This document shows positions 46,101-53,623 of a stretch of DNA of 53,623 bases, one piece after another. The DNA comes from a virus (lineage: Duplodnaviria; Heunggongvirae; Uroviricota; Caudoviricetes): IMG/VR virus record IMGVR_UViG_2718217807_000001. One strand, given 5' to 3'. The notes under the pieces are model-generated. The model saw only the letters and a list, made by a program, of their open reading frames with translations. It ran no database searches and was not told the DNA's origin. Every line of letters begins with the position of its first letter. The first letter of the stretch is position 1. The translations under genes and the position numbers were made by a program.

Positions 46101-49100
46101 AGTAACCGAGCTAAAGCTATTAGCGACTCCGCTACCTCTCTCAATGCCAAAATCGAGAAAGAAGTCAGCGACCGAGCGACCGCCGTTTCTACTCTGGATA
46201 CGAAGACGGCAAATGCCATCACGGCTGAAACATCAAGTCGAATTGCGGACATGGAAAGCGAGGCTCGCGCTCGAGCTGATGGGTTGTTGCAGGAGAAAAA
46301 CAACCGCCAGTCTGAGATTAGTAATCTCTCCACTCAAATGCAGACAGCGAATGAGTCGATGGCGCAACAGATCTCTCAGATCGCGGCCGGCACCGGTGAG
46401 CAATTTGATAGTCTGAACATCTGGTATTTCGATACCAATAACGAAGGCTGGACTGAAGACGATGGCAGTAGCGTGCCGATGAACGTGACCAGCGATGGCT
46501 GGCTGAAGTCCGCGAACAGCACATCTTCGTGCCGTTCGCCGAACAACATGGCCATTGACGCTAACGCTTATCGCTTCATCAAACTGCGTATTAAGAAGGT
46601 CGGTAATCCAGTATGGGCTGGTAAGTTGTACTGGATTGGTGCGTCTGAGCAGGGGTGGTCCGATTCGCGTTCTATCTCTTTCGATGAGCCTGAGTATGAT
46701 GCAAATGGCATTGCCACGCTGTCTCTCCACGACATCGACTGGCGTTCCTCCACGACCATTCGCCGTCTCCGTCTCGATTTTTTGAAAGGTCAGAATGATG
46801 CTAACTATCTTCTGATTGACTGGATTGCGGTAGGTCGCCCGACCCCTGGCGCTGGCATGGCCGCTCTGCAGGAAGAAAAGGCCGCTCGTGTTGACGCTGA
46901 TGCTGCTGAAGCTGCGAGCCGAAACACTCTGGCTGTCCAGATGCGCGGGTCTTACGAAGGGAGTGACCTGGCTAAAGTCGGCTCTGGTCTGATTTTCCAG
47001 GAGCAACAGGCTCGCGTGACTGCTGATAAAGCAGAAGCAGCGGCCCGTCAGTCTCTTGAAACGAAAGTTAACGACAGCGTTTCCAACATCAACAAGTCGC
47101 TCGACACCCTGAACACTCAGGACAGCGCGATGGCGTCGGATATCACTGGTCTTAAATCTTCGCTGAAGGGTAAAGCTGACGCTTCTGCATTGCAGACTCT
47201 GAAGACGTCAGTGGATCAACAGGGTTCGAATATATCCACCCAGGGTCAGTCGATCACCAAACTGCAAAATGACCTGAGCACCACCAACGCCAATGTTGGT
47301 AAAAAGGCCGACCAGACAGCGCTGACCGCACTGCAGGGAACAGTGACGCAACAGGGTAAAGATATTTCCGCCGCGAATAGCAGTATCACTAACCTCAAAA
47401 CGTCTCTTGATACGACAAACAGCAATGTTGCGAAGAAAGCCGACGCGACGGCGGTCAATGATCTGACATCTCGTGTTAGCGCAACCGAGGGCAAGGTGTC
47501 CAGTCAGGCAGACAGCATCGTCCAGCTGAATAACTCACTGAGTAACGCAATTGCCGATTCTGATGCTTCTGCGAAGACTCCAAACAACCTTATTGTAAAC
47601 CCATCTTTTGAGCGTGGATTTGATGGGTATATCGGCGTTGGCTCTAAGAGCACGGTTGTTGAGGTTCAATCCCCGCATACTGGTACTCGCGCATTGAAGA
47701 TCGATCCGGGCAGCATCGCGCCGGGTCAGAATATTGATTTCGTCAAAGACCGCACTTATGAGATCGGGGTATGGGTTAAGCAGATTTCAGGCACGACGGA
47801 TAATGGCAGTGGAAATAACAAACTCCGTGTAGGCAGCAGCGCCGGCAATCCGGTGTTCGAGTTGCCATTTACCGGCGTATCCGGTGACTGGACTAAATTC
47901 AGCCGACGCTGGAAGGCGACCGAGACGGCTAGTTTGCCGGTGACGCTTAACAACTATCTGACGGCAGGAAACCGCTACTTTGATGATTTCTATGTCATCG
48001 ATGTGACAGATAGCGTCAATATCGACGCCAATGCATCTGCGTTGTCATCTATTCAGAATACCGTAACCCAGCAGGGTAAAGACATTGCGTCGCAGTCCAC
48101 CAGCATTACGGATCTGAAAAACAATCTGGACACGACCAACGCGAACGTCGCGAAAAAAGCGGACGCCGCAGCTCTCCAGACACTGCAAAATACGGTTACC
48201 CAGCAGGGCAAAGACATTGCTTCAGCCTCAAGCAGCATTACAAGCCTGCAGAACAACCTGAGCACCACCAATGCCAACGTTGCAAAGAAAGCGGATGCCA
48301 CAGCTTTATCATCGCTGCAGAATACCGTAACCCAGCAAGGCAAGGATCTGACCAGTGTTGGTAGCCGTGCCACTAGCCTTGAGAACAGCCTCAAGACGAC
48401 CGACGCAAATGTAGCTAAGAAGGCTGACGCAGCCGCGCTGTCATCGCTTCAAAATACCGTTACACAGCAGGGTAAGGACATCAGTTCAGCCGGCGATTCT
48501 ATTACTAGCCTGAACAACAACGTCAATGCCATGCTGAACATGGGCGATAATCTGGTTCAGGATGCTGATCTCATCGGTGACGGCTCAGCATTTGGCACTC
48601 AGAAGAACAGTGTCCCGACCGGAAGCCTCGTAGAATTTGGCGCCTATGGTGAAAATTCCTCCGGCGTCCGCATGGTCAGAGTGAACTCTACATCTCCGGG
48701 GCTTTTTGCTAACCGTAAAAAACCTGTCCCGGTAAATGGTTCTCGCAAATTCCGCTATATCGTTCGCGCCAAGGGTGTTTCAGGCTCGATGAACATGCTT
48801 CTGCGCCGCTGGAACTTTAACGGGTCTGTCGAGGGTAATTACGAAGATAAAAACGTCACGCTGACGAGCGACTGGCAGACTATCACATGGGATACACCCT
48901 TCTCCCCGAGCACTGGTGCGGATGGCCAGGCCTTTGGCATCTACTGCCATCCAAGTAATGCGGAAATCTGGATCGATTCATTCCAAGTGTTCGATATTAC
49001 TGACGCAGTCAATAATGATGCGACGGCCAGCGCGTTGAGCGATCTGTCCACGAAAGTGACCAAGCAAGGTGACACGATTAGTTCTCAGGGAACGTCGATC

Positions 49101-52100
49101 ACTAAGCTACAGAACAACCTGACGTCTACGAAGACCGACGTGTCGAAGAAGGCAGACGCTTCTGCGTTGCAGACGTTGCAGAATACGGTCGTAGAGCAGG
49201 GCAAGACGCTGACCAGCCAGGGTAGTTCACTCACAACCCTGAATAATACTGTCAATACCGTCAAAGGCGACGTTGCTAAGAAAGCGGACACGACGGCGCT
49301 TAATGGGCTGACCACTCGCGTGACCAATACGGAGAATGGGGTCTCAAGCAATAGTGACGCGATTACATCTCTCAATAGCTCTCTGAATCAGCAGTCAAAG
49401 CGTGGCGCCAACATTTTGCCTGATGGGACATTTGAGAGTTATAGCAATGGCTATAATCTGTCGAACAACCGCGTAATCGTCACCACGGATGACGCGCAGG
49501 GTGGTGGCAAGTGCATTCGAGTTACTCGCCCGAATGACTACAACCCTAATTCTACAGATAACAGCGACAACCATATCTTCGGCAGTTTTCAGGTCAGAGA
49601 TAATGCAGTCTTCTATCTCGAATATTGGGTGAAGCTTGACGCGAATAAAGCGAATATGGCCGCGAACACCCAAATCACTGTCGGTCTGTCTGTTCAGTAT
49701 CAGGATGACTCCTGGCAATGGCCATCGCTGACAAAGGCAGTAAAAGACCTTTCCGCGACATCATGGACTAAAGTCTCTGGCTATCTTAAGCTGACCAAGA
49801 GCGGCGTAAAGCAGGCTATGGCTCGAATTTCAGTGCCGAACGTATCAACGGTTAAAGCCGGTGATTCGTTCCTGATTGACAACATTGTGCTCACGGAAGT
49901 GACCGACGCCTACAATACTCAGGAGCTGTCCGACGCCAACGCGTCTGCGATTCAGACACTGAACTCTACCGTTGAAAAGAACGGTACTGATATCACATCC
50001 CAGGGCGCTGCTGTGACCAAGTTGCAAAACGACTTGAGCACCACCAACGCCAATGTGAGTAAAAAGGCTGAGTCCTCTGCGCTGCAGGCGTTGCAAAACA
50101 CGGTTACACAGCAAGGCAAGGATATTACTGCCGCCAACAGCAATATCACCAGTCTGAAATCGTCACTCGATACGACAAACAGCAATGTTGCGAAGAAAGC
50201 CGATGCGTCGACAGTAAGCAGTCTGGCTAGTCGTGTTAGCTCAACTGAAGGCAAAGTGTTAAGCCAAAGTGATAGCCTGACTCAGCTTAATAATTCACTG
50301 AACAGCGCCAATGCTGATGCCGACGCCTCGAAAGTTAATCCGGGTAACATGCTCAAAAATAACTCTTTTGAGCGTGGGTTTGATGGATGGAATAACACCG
50401 GGTGGACCACTTTGGCCGCGCAAGCACCGAAGTCTGGGAGCTATATCATTCAGGCGTCAAAGTTGGCGTCCGGTGATCTCTCTTGCGATCAGTCCATCTC
50501 TCTGAAAGCTGGAAAGACATACCGGTTTGGTGCGTGGGTTCGCAAATCTAGCGATATGGCGATTTCCAATACAAACAACACCAAAATTAGCATCAGGACT
50601 GACTCTGGCCCGGTTCAGGATCTGTTTATCTCCGTAAATGGCGTTAGTACCGGTTGGGGGATGGTCAGCAGTGAGTACACGCCTGCAGCAGATGTCACAT
50701 TGCTAATTTCTCTGCGAGCGAGCCTGAGTGCAGGATATCTCTATCTCGATGATGTTTTCCTTGTCGATGTCACGAACGAGAAAGCGATCGACGCACAGGC
50801 CAGCGCAATGACCTCACTGAAAAATACAGTGACCCAACAAGGTAACGCGCTAACCAGCCAGGGCGATAGCATCACAAGCCTGAAGAATAGTCTCAGCTCT
50901 ACTGATGCCAAAGTTGCGAAGAAAGCTGAACAGTCCGCCGTCGATTCTCTGACAGGGCGTGTGACTAAGACCGAAAGCGATATCACAGCGACGAACAGCA
51001 GTGTGAAATCTCTGAATGCTGCAATTCGCGCCGGTAACGCGACAAGCGGCGAGCTGGTCCCTAACCCAACGTTTGATGTTCAGTATGACAGTATGGGCTT
51101 TACTGTCGTTTCTACGGACTCTGACGGTGTGCCAGCTGGATGTCCATTCAAATACGCGGCGAAACTGGCTGCTCGCGACCACCACCCGAATTTCAACACG
51201 ATTGTTGCGACAGTTGGTGATGTATTTGAAATTTCTGCGCTGGTGGCATGTGGAGCGGGTTCAGCTGACTTCAACCTCTACATTGGTACCGCCAACGGGC
51301 CAACAGGTGGAATTGCAAGCCCTCTCTACACTGGTGGGAATACTAAGACGACATCGACCTGGAAACGAGTTACATGGAAGGTGACTGTCCCGCAGTCTGC
51401 CGCGGACAAAGGGTACCTCCGTCCGTTCCTGCAAATAAACCAGTCCAGCCCGTTTGGTACAGTCTGGTACGTGACTGACTGGCACATGCGCAACATCACT
51501 GCGGCTGCGGCAGCGCAAAGCACCGCTGACGCGACATCGAAAGCCGTCGACTCGCTGACATCAACGGTTACGCAGCAGGGTAAAGACGTTAGCAGCGTTA
51601 GTGCTCGTGCGACCGCTCTTGAAAACGGGTTAAGCACCGCCAATACCAATATCGGCAAAAAGGCTGACGCTTCTGCATTGCAAACGTTACAGAATACCGT
51701 AACCCAGCAGGGGAAAGATCTGTCGACCCAAAGCGACAGTCTGACCAATCTTTCCAACTCGCTGAGCAATGTTTCCGTTGGCGGGACAAACCTTATTTCA
51801 CTGTCTGGCACCATGGATGGTTGGGGCAGTAAGATTAGTGAGACTTTCCGCGGCAATGCGGTAAGTGGTGCGACGATTAAAGCCGGCGGCTCATATAGAG
51901 ATCTCAAGGAGGTCAGTATCGATGCGCCTGTCGATAATGCAGAGTATGTCTACAGCTTCTATGCAAAAGGTGGTGTAGATGGACAGTCAATGACGGCGTT
52001 CTTCTATAACCCGAACACGACGGGATCCTCTGAAACCAGCCAGGGCGTTAAGGCTTCAAATACTGATGGCCGTGCTGTATTCACTCTGACAACTGAATGG

Positions 52101-53623
52101 GTTCGTTATTGGGTCAAGTGGAAGCAGAAACCGGGCACTGGCGCAAAACGACTGATCATTGCTCGTATAGAGGCATCGACGACGGCTGATCAGACAGTTT
52201 ATGTTAGCGCTCCGAAGATGGAAGTAGGCAACATGCCTACTGAATGGTCCCCGGCCCCGACTGACCTCGCTGCTTCTGCCGATCTGTCTTCGTTGCAGAC
52301 CACTGTTGCGGCAAACAGCTCTTCGATTCAGTCAGTGACTTCACGAGTGAGTAATGTTGAAGGGACTGTTTCATCACAGGGAACGGCCTTGACCAGTCTG
52401 CAAAATAGCCTGAACACAACGAACTCGAACGTTTCCAAAAAGGCTGATGCCTCCGCGTTGCAGACGTTGCAAAATACCGTAACGCAGCAAGGCAAGGATA
52501 TTACCTCGCAGGGAACGAGGACCACCAGCCTCGAAAATAGTCTGAACACGACCAACGCAAACGTAAGCAAAAAGGCGGATGCTTCCGCATTGCAAACGCT
52601 GCAGAATACCGTAACCCAGCAGGGTAAAGACATTACTGCATCGAATGCCAATGTGACATCTCTTCAGGCGTCTCTGACTCGTCGCACAGTGTTTACCATT
52701 ACTTCTAGAGGGAATGGATCCAGCGCGAAGGACGGGGTTTTTGACGAGTCCGGGGTAAAAGTGTTTGCCCCTGGCCGTAGCTATGCGCTGGTAACGTTTA
52801 AAGCAAATAGCGATGGTTCGACTTCCATCGACACCAGCAAGACGTATGACGTTTTTGGTTCTGCCAATAACGGCAAAACAATGTCGGATGACATTGCAGC
52901 GCTGGCCAACGGTGTCTATGCGTGTGTAATGACATACGATGAGCCTACGGGATCTCGCTCAAGTGTTTATGCCGCTATTGAGTTACTCGGCGGAACGAGT
53001 GAGGTTCTCGCCTCGCTGCCTTATCGCGGCGCCTACATCCTGCTTGGCCGTAAGGGCATGAAGGCAGGTGACGGTCTGGAGCTTCGTTCGCCTACTGGTA
53101 GTGATCAGAGCGCATTTGTCTCGACCTCTGTTGAGTTCGTGAACGGCGTAATGATGGGGCTTGGGGCAGCTGGTGGCGTGATGATGAAAGCAGATGCAAA
53201 CGCATCGGCGATTACCACACTCCAGAACACGGTAACGCAGCAAGGTAAAGATATTACCTCGTCCAGTAGCGCAATCACGAGTCTCCAGAATGGACTGGCA
53301 ACAGCGAACAGCAACATCGGCAAGAAAGCTGACGCAACTGCGCTTCAGTCACTGCAGAACACGGTAACGCAGCAAGGTAAGGATATTTCCACGCAGAGCG
53401 GTAATGTCACCAACCTGCAGAACAGCCTGAGTGCCACGAATACCGGACTTGCCAATCTGGTTGCGGACAGCGACGCGTCGAAAAAAATCATTGGAAACCT
53501 TCTGACCAACTCATCGTTTGAGCGCGGTCTGGAAGGCTTCGGTGGCGGCGCTTCATTCATTACGGTTATTAATGCTCAGTCTCCAAATTCGGGAAGTAAG
53601 ATCCTGTCATGTGGGACCGGTAC
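43104..53623 (+). CDS. Tail tip / central fibre protein J-like, giant and 3'-partial (not in ORF track)
   Basis: ATG 43104. Hand translation GGSKGGGSARTPVEANDT...LDLLGEG...IFLNDTPLQN and SNPAWILFDLLTNTRYG. FN3-like segment, then coiled-coil repeats alternating with beta-sandwich modules. The same frame is open wherever I spot-checked, including the last bases. Confidence 0.9.
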   Translation, partial: MEASVFKKSRLSQLVAHGLIISGRGGSKGGGSARTPVEANDTVNSRAMASVLDLLGEGVVGGLVDGAKSIFLNDTPLQNADGSYNFSGVTWWFRDGSQDQTVIDGFDFIETPKSVGMQLKQTSQVNVSLDSADSDRVRVVMKFPSLRKIDKKNGDTNGTTVQYKFQIDSGNGKGFVDAIAEGEDASIITLTAKKTGVYYRSYVFDLPKPAKSYTLRAIRLTEDHKDDSYLYDDTYIDSIGEIVNTSLNYPNSVLAGLKINSEQFGSSMPTRSYLIKGMKIRVPSNYNADTNTYDGNWDGTFKLASTSNPAWILFDLLTNTRYGLGEFVKESMIIIGELYQIGRYCDAFVDDGFGSQEKRFAINTQITSRQDAYRVVQDIAGAFRGMVYWAGGMVHVTQDSPADPVMLFSNSNVVNGSFVYKGSARKDRYSVALITYNNKEDGYKQSVEYVEDQEAIKRYGIRKTESVAFGCTSRGQAHRVGLWTLYTSRMESDVITYSVGMDSVFLMPGDVVLIADKFRAGRRNSGRITGYTANSVKLDSPVDLTSVGNHITFLSSEGKMVERDILENGKNVSTVTFKTALTSAETPVADAVWVIAQPDLVPLQARVVSVAEGTDGTSFNITAIQNNPTKYEAIDNGAQLIPQNTTVLDPTFSKPSGLTVTEGTYLSSPGNLSVSLTAAWQGKSAQYYVSWRRSDAGNVSNWQSQRVTEEQFELRGVAEDGQYDFQVYAVSVGGRKTDPISITYKVLGTLSAPAAPTGLTAVGDYRSIVLNWINPSSVDLDHIEVLASKINDKAKAQVIAKVSGTTFSHNGLEDSATWYYWVRAANKRGMLSALNSSLATTATTRDVLSFLKNKITESELGKDLIADIDSKAVAVEVDAAIDEAKSQATSQVNDARTESANAVSDAKKTLNSAINKEITDRASAVADEASKRAQAVSNETSARIKAVSDEATARAAAISGEADARNKAISDEASARAKAVSDEAIARASAISDSVAVEASNRAKAISDSATSLNAKIEKEVSDRATAVSTLDTKTANAITAETSSRIADMESEARARADGLLQEKNNRQSEISNLSTQMQTANESMAQQISQIAAGTGEQFDSLNIWYFDTNNEGWTEDDGSSVPMNVTSDGWLKSANSTSSCRSPNNMAIDANAYRFIKLRIKKVGNPVWAGKLYWIGASEQGWSDSRSISFDEPEYDANGIATLSLHDIDWRSSTTIRRLRLDFLKGQNDANYLLIDWIAVGRPTPGAGMAALQEEKAARVDADAAEAASRNTLAVQMRGSYEGSDLAKVGSGLIFQEQQARVTADKAEAAARQSLETKVNDSVSNINKSLDTLNTQDSAMASDITGLKSSLKGKADASALQTLKTSVDQQGSNISTQGQSITKLQNDLSTTNANVGKKADQTALTALQGTVTQQGKDISAANSSITNLKTSLDTTNSNVAKKADATAVNDLTSRVSATEGKVSSQADSIVQLNNSLSNAIADSDASAKTPNNLIVNPSFERGFDGYIGVGSKSTVVEVQSPHTGTRALKIDPGSIAPGQNIDFVKDRTYEIGVWVKQISGTTDNGSGNNKLRVGSSAGNPVFELPFTGVSGDWTKFSRRWKATETASLPVTLNNYLTAGNRYFDDFYVIDVTDSVNIDANASALSSIQNTVTQQGKDIASQSTSITDLKNNLDTTNANVAKKADAAALQTLQNTVTQQGKDIASASSSITSLQNNLSTTNANVAKKADATALSSLQNTVTQQGKDLTSVGSRATSLENSLKTTDANVAKKADAAALSSLQNTVTQQGKDISSAGDSITSLNNNVNAMLNMGDNLVQDADLIGDGSAFGTQKNSVPTGSLVEFGAYGENSSGVRMVRVNSTSPGLFANRKKPVPVNGSRKFRYIVRAKGVSGSMNMLLRRWNFNGSVEGNYEDKNVTLTSDWQTITWDTPFSPSTGADGQAFGIYCHPSNAEIWIDSFQVFDITDAVNNDATASALSDLSTKVTKQGDTISSQGTSITKLQNNLTSTKTDVSKKADASALQTLQNTVVEQGKTLTSQGSSLTTLNNTVNTVKGDVAKKADTTALNGLTTRVTNTENGVSSNSDAITSLNSSLNQQSKRGANILPDGTFESYSNGYNLSNNRVIVTTDDAQGGGKCIRVTRPNDYNPNSTDNSDNHIFGSFQVRDNAVFYLEYWVKLDANKANMAANTQITVGLSVQYQDDSWQWPSLTKAVKDLSATSWTKVSGYLKLTKSGVKQAMARISVPNVSTVKAGDSFLIDNIVLTEVTDAYNTQELSDANASAIQTLNSTVEKNGTDITSQGAAVTKLQNDLSTTNANVSKKAESSALQALQNTVTQQGKDITAANSNITSLKSSLDTTNSNVAKKADASTVSSLASRVSSTEGKVLSQSDSLTQLNNSLNSANADADASKVNPGNMLKNNSFERGFDGWNNTGWTTLAAQAPKSGSYIIQASKLASGDLSCDQSISLKAGKTYRFGAWVRKSSDMAISNTNNTKISIRTDSGPVQDLFISVNGVSTGWGMVSSEYTPAADVTLLISLRASLSAGYLYLDDVFLVDVTNEKAIDAQASAMTSLKNTVTQQGNALTSQGDSITSLKNSLSSTDAKVAKKAEQSAVDSLTGRVTKTESDITATNSSVKSLNAAIRAGNATSGELVPNPTFDVQYDSMGFTVVSTDSDGVPAGCPFKYAAKLAARDHHPNFNTIVATVGDVFEISALVACGAGSADFNLYIGTANGPTGGIASPLYTGGNTKTTSTWKRVTWKVTVPQSAADKGYLRPFLQINQSSPFGTVWYVTDWHMRNITAAAAAQSTADATSKAVDSLTSTVTQQGKDVSSVSARATALENGLSTANTNIGKKADASALQTLQNTVTQQGKDLSTQSDSLTNLSNSLSNVSVGGTNLISLSGTMDGWGSKISETFRGNAVSGATIKAGGSYRDLKEVSIDAPVDNAEYVYSFYAKGGVDGQSMTAFFYNPNTTGSSETSQGVKASNTDGRAVFTLTTEWVRYWVKWKQKPGTGAKRLIIARIEASTTADQTVYVSAPKMEVGNMPTEWSPAPTDLAASADLSSLQTTVAANSSSIQSVTSRVSNVEGTVSSQGTALTSLQNSLNTTNSNVSKKADASALQTLQNTVTQQGKDITSQGTRTTSLENSLNTTNANVSKKADASALQTLQNTVTQQGKDITASNANVTSLQASLTRRTVFTITSRGNGSSAKDGVFDESGVKVFAPGRSYALVTFKANSDGSTSIDTSKTYDVFGSANNGKTMSDDIAALANGVYACVMTYDEPTGSRSSVYAAIELLGGTSEVLASLPYRGAYILLGRKGMKAGDGLELRSPTGSDQSAFVSTSVEFVNGVMMGLGAAGGVMMKADANASAITTLQNTVTQQGKDITSSSSAITSLQNGLATANSNIGKKADATALQSLQNTVTQQGKDISTQSGNVTNLQNSLSATNTGLANLVADSDASKKIIGNLLTNSSFERGLEGFGGGASFITVINAQSPNSGSKILSCGTG

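Larger units (their letters stand above)
1..53623. mobile_element. Segment of a temperate siphophage / phage-plasmid, SSU5-pHCM2-like
   Basis: Contiguous terminase-portal-scaffold-capsid-neck-tail-tape measure-M/L/K/I/J module, preceded by methyltransferases, RNase H, Rha, helicase and ParB-like genes. No host housekeeping genes. Family assignment is by remembered gene order. Confidence 0.85.

Noticed and set aside
47220-53440. CRISPR array or DGR template/variable repeats
   Set aside because: The repeats are in-frame coding units with synonymous variation and irregular spacing; there are no cas genes, reverse transcriptase or adenine-specific mismatch pattern.
43263-53560. Many short ORFs listed on both strands across the J region
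   Set aside because: They are shadows of the single long +frame gene starting at 43104, which the track omits because it has no stop inside the window.

Overview
The window is about half of a large temperate siphovirus genome. Gene order and content match what I know of SSU5/pHCM2-like phage-plasmids of Enterobacterales; this is recognition from memory, not a database search. Bases 1-20,100 are an accessory/early region. It holds two adenine methyltransferases, an RNase HI-like gene lacking two catalytic aspartates that lies just downstream of a ~430-nt structured non-coding segment, TerB-like plus DUF3927-like genes, a Rha-type regulator, a TonB-C-like lipoprotein, two inverted tail-tip-like genes, a SpoT/Mesh1-type HD hydrolase, several lipoproteins, a 1.5-kb strand-skewed non-coding tract and a tandem Hfq/Sm-like protein. 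Bases 20,100-25,500 carry an SF2 helicase divergent from a ParB-like/ParB-like/ABC-ATPase/HExxH/GNAT cluster. Bases 25,600-53,623 are a head and tail module running from terminase to tail tip, with two probable -1 frameshifts and a >3,500-codon lambda-J-like tail tip gene that runs off the window end. Two dispersed palindromic DNA motifs define two apparent regulons. I saw no tRNA, rRNA, CRISPR array, integrase, transposase, replication initiator or lysis genes in this window.
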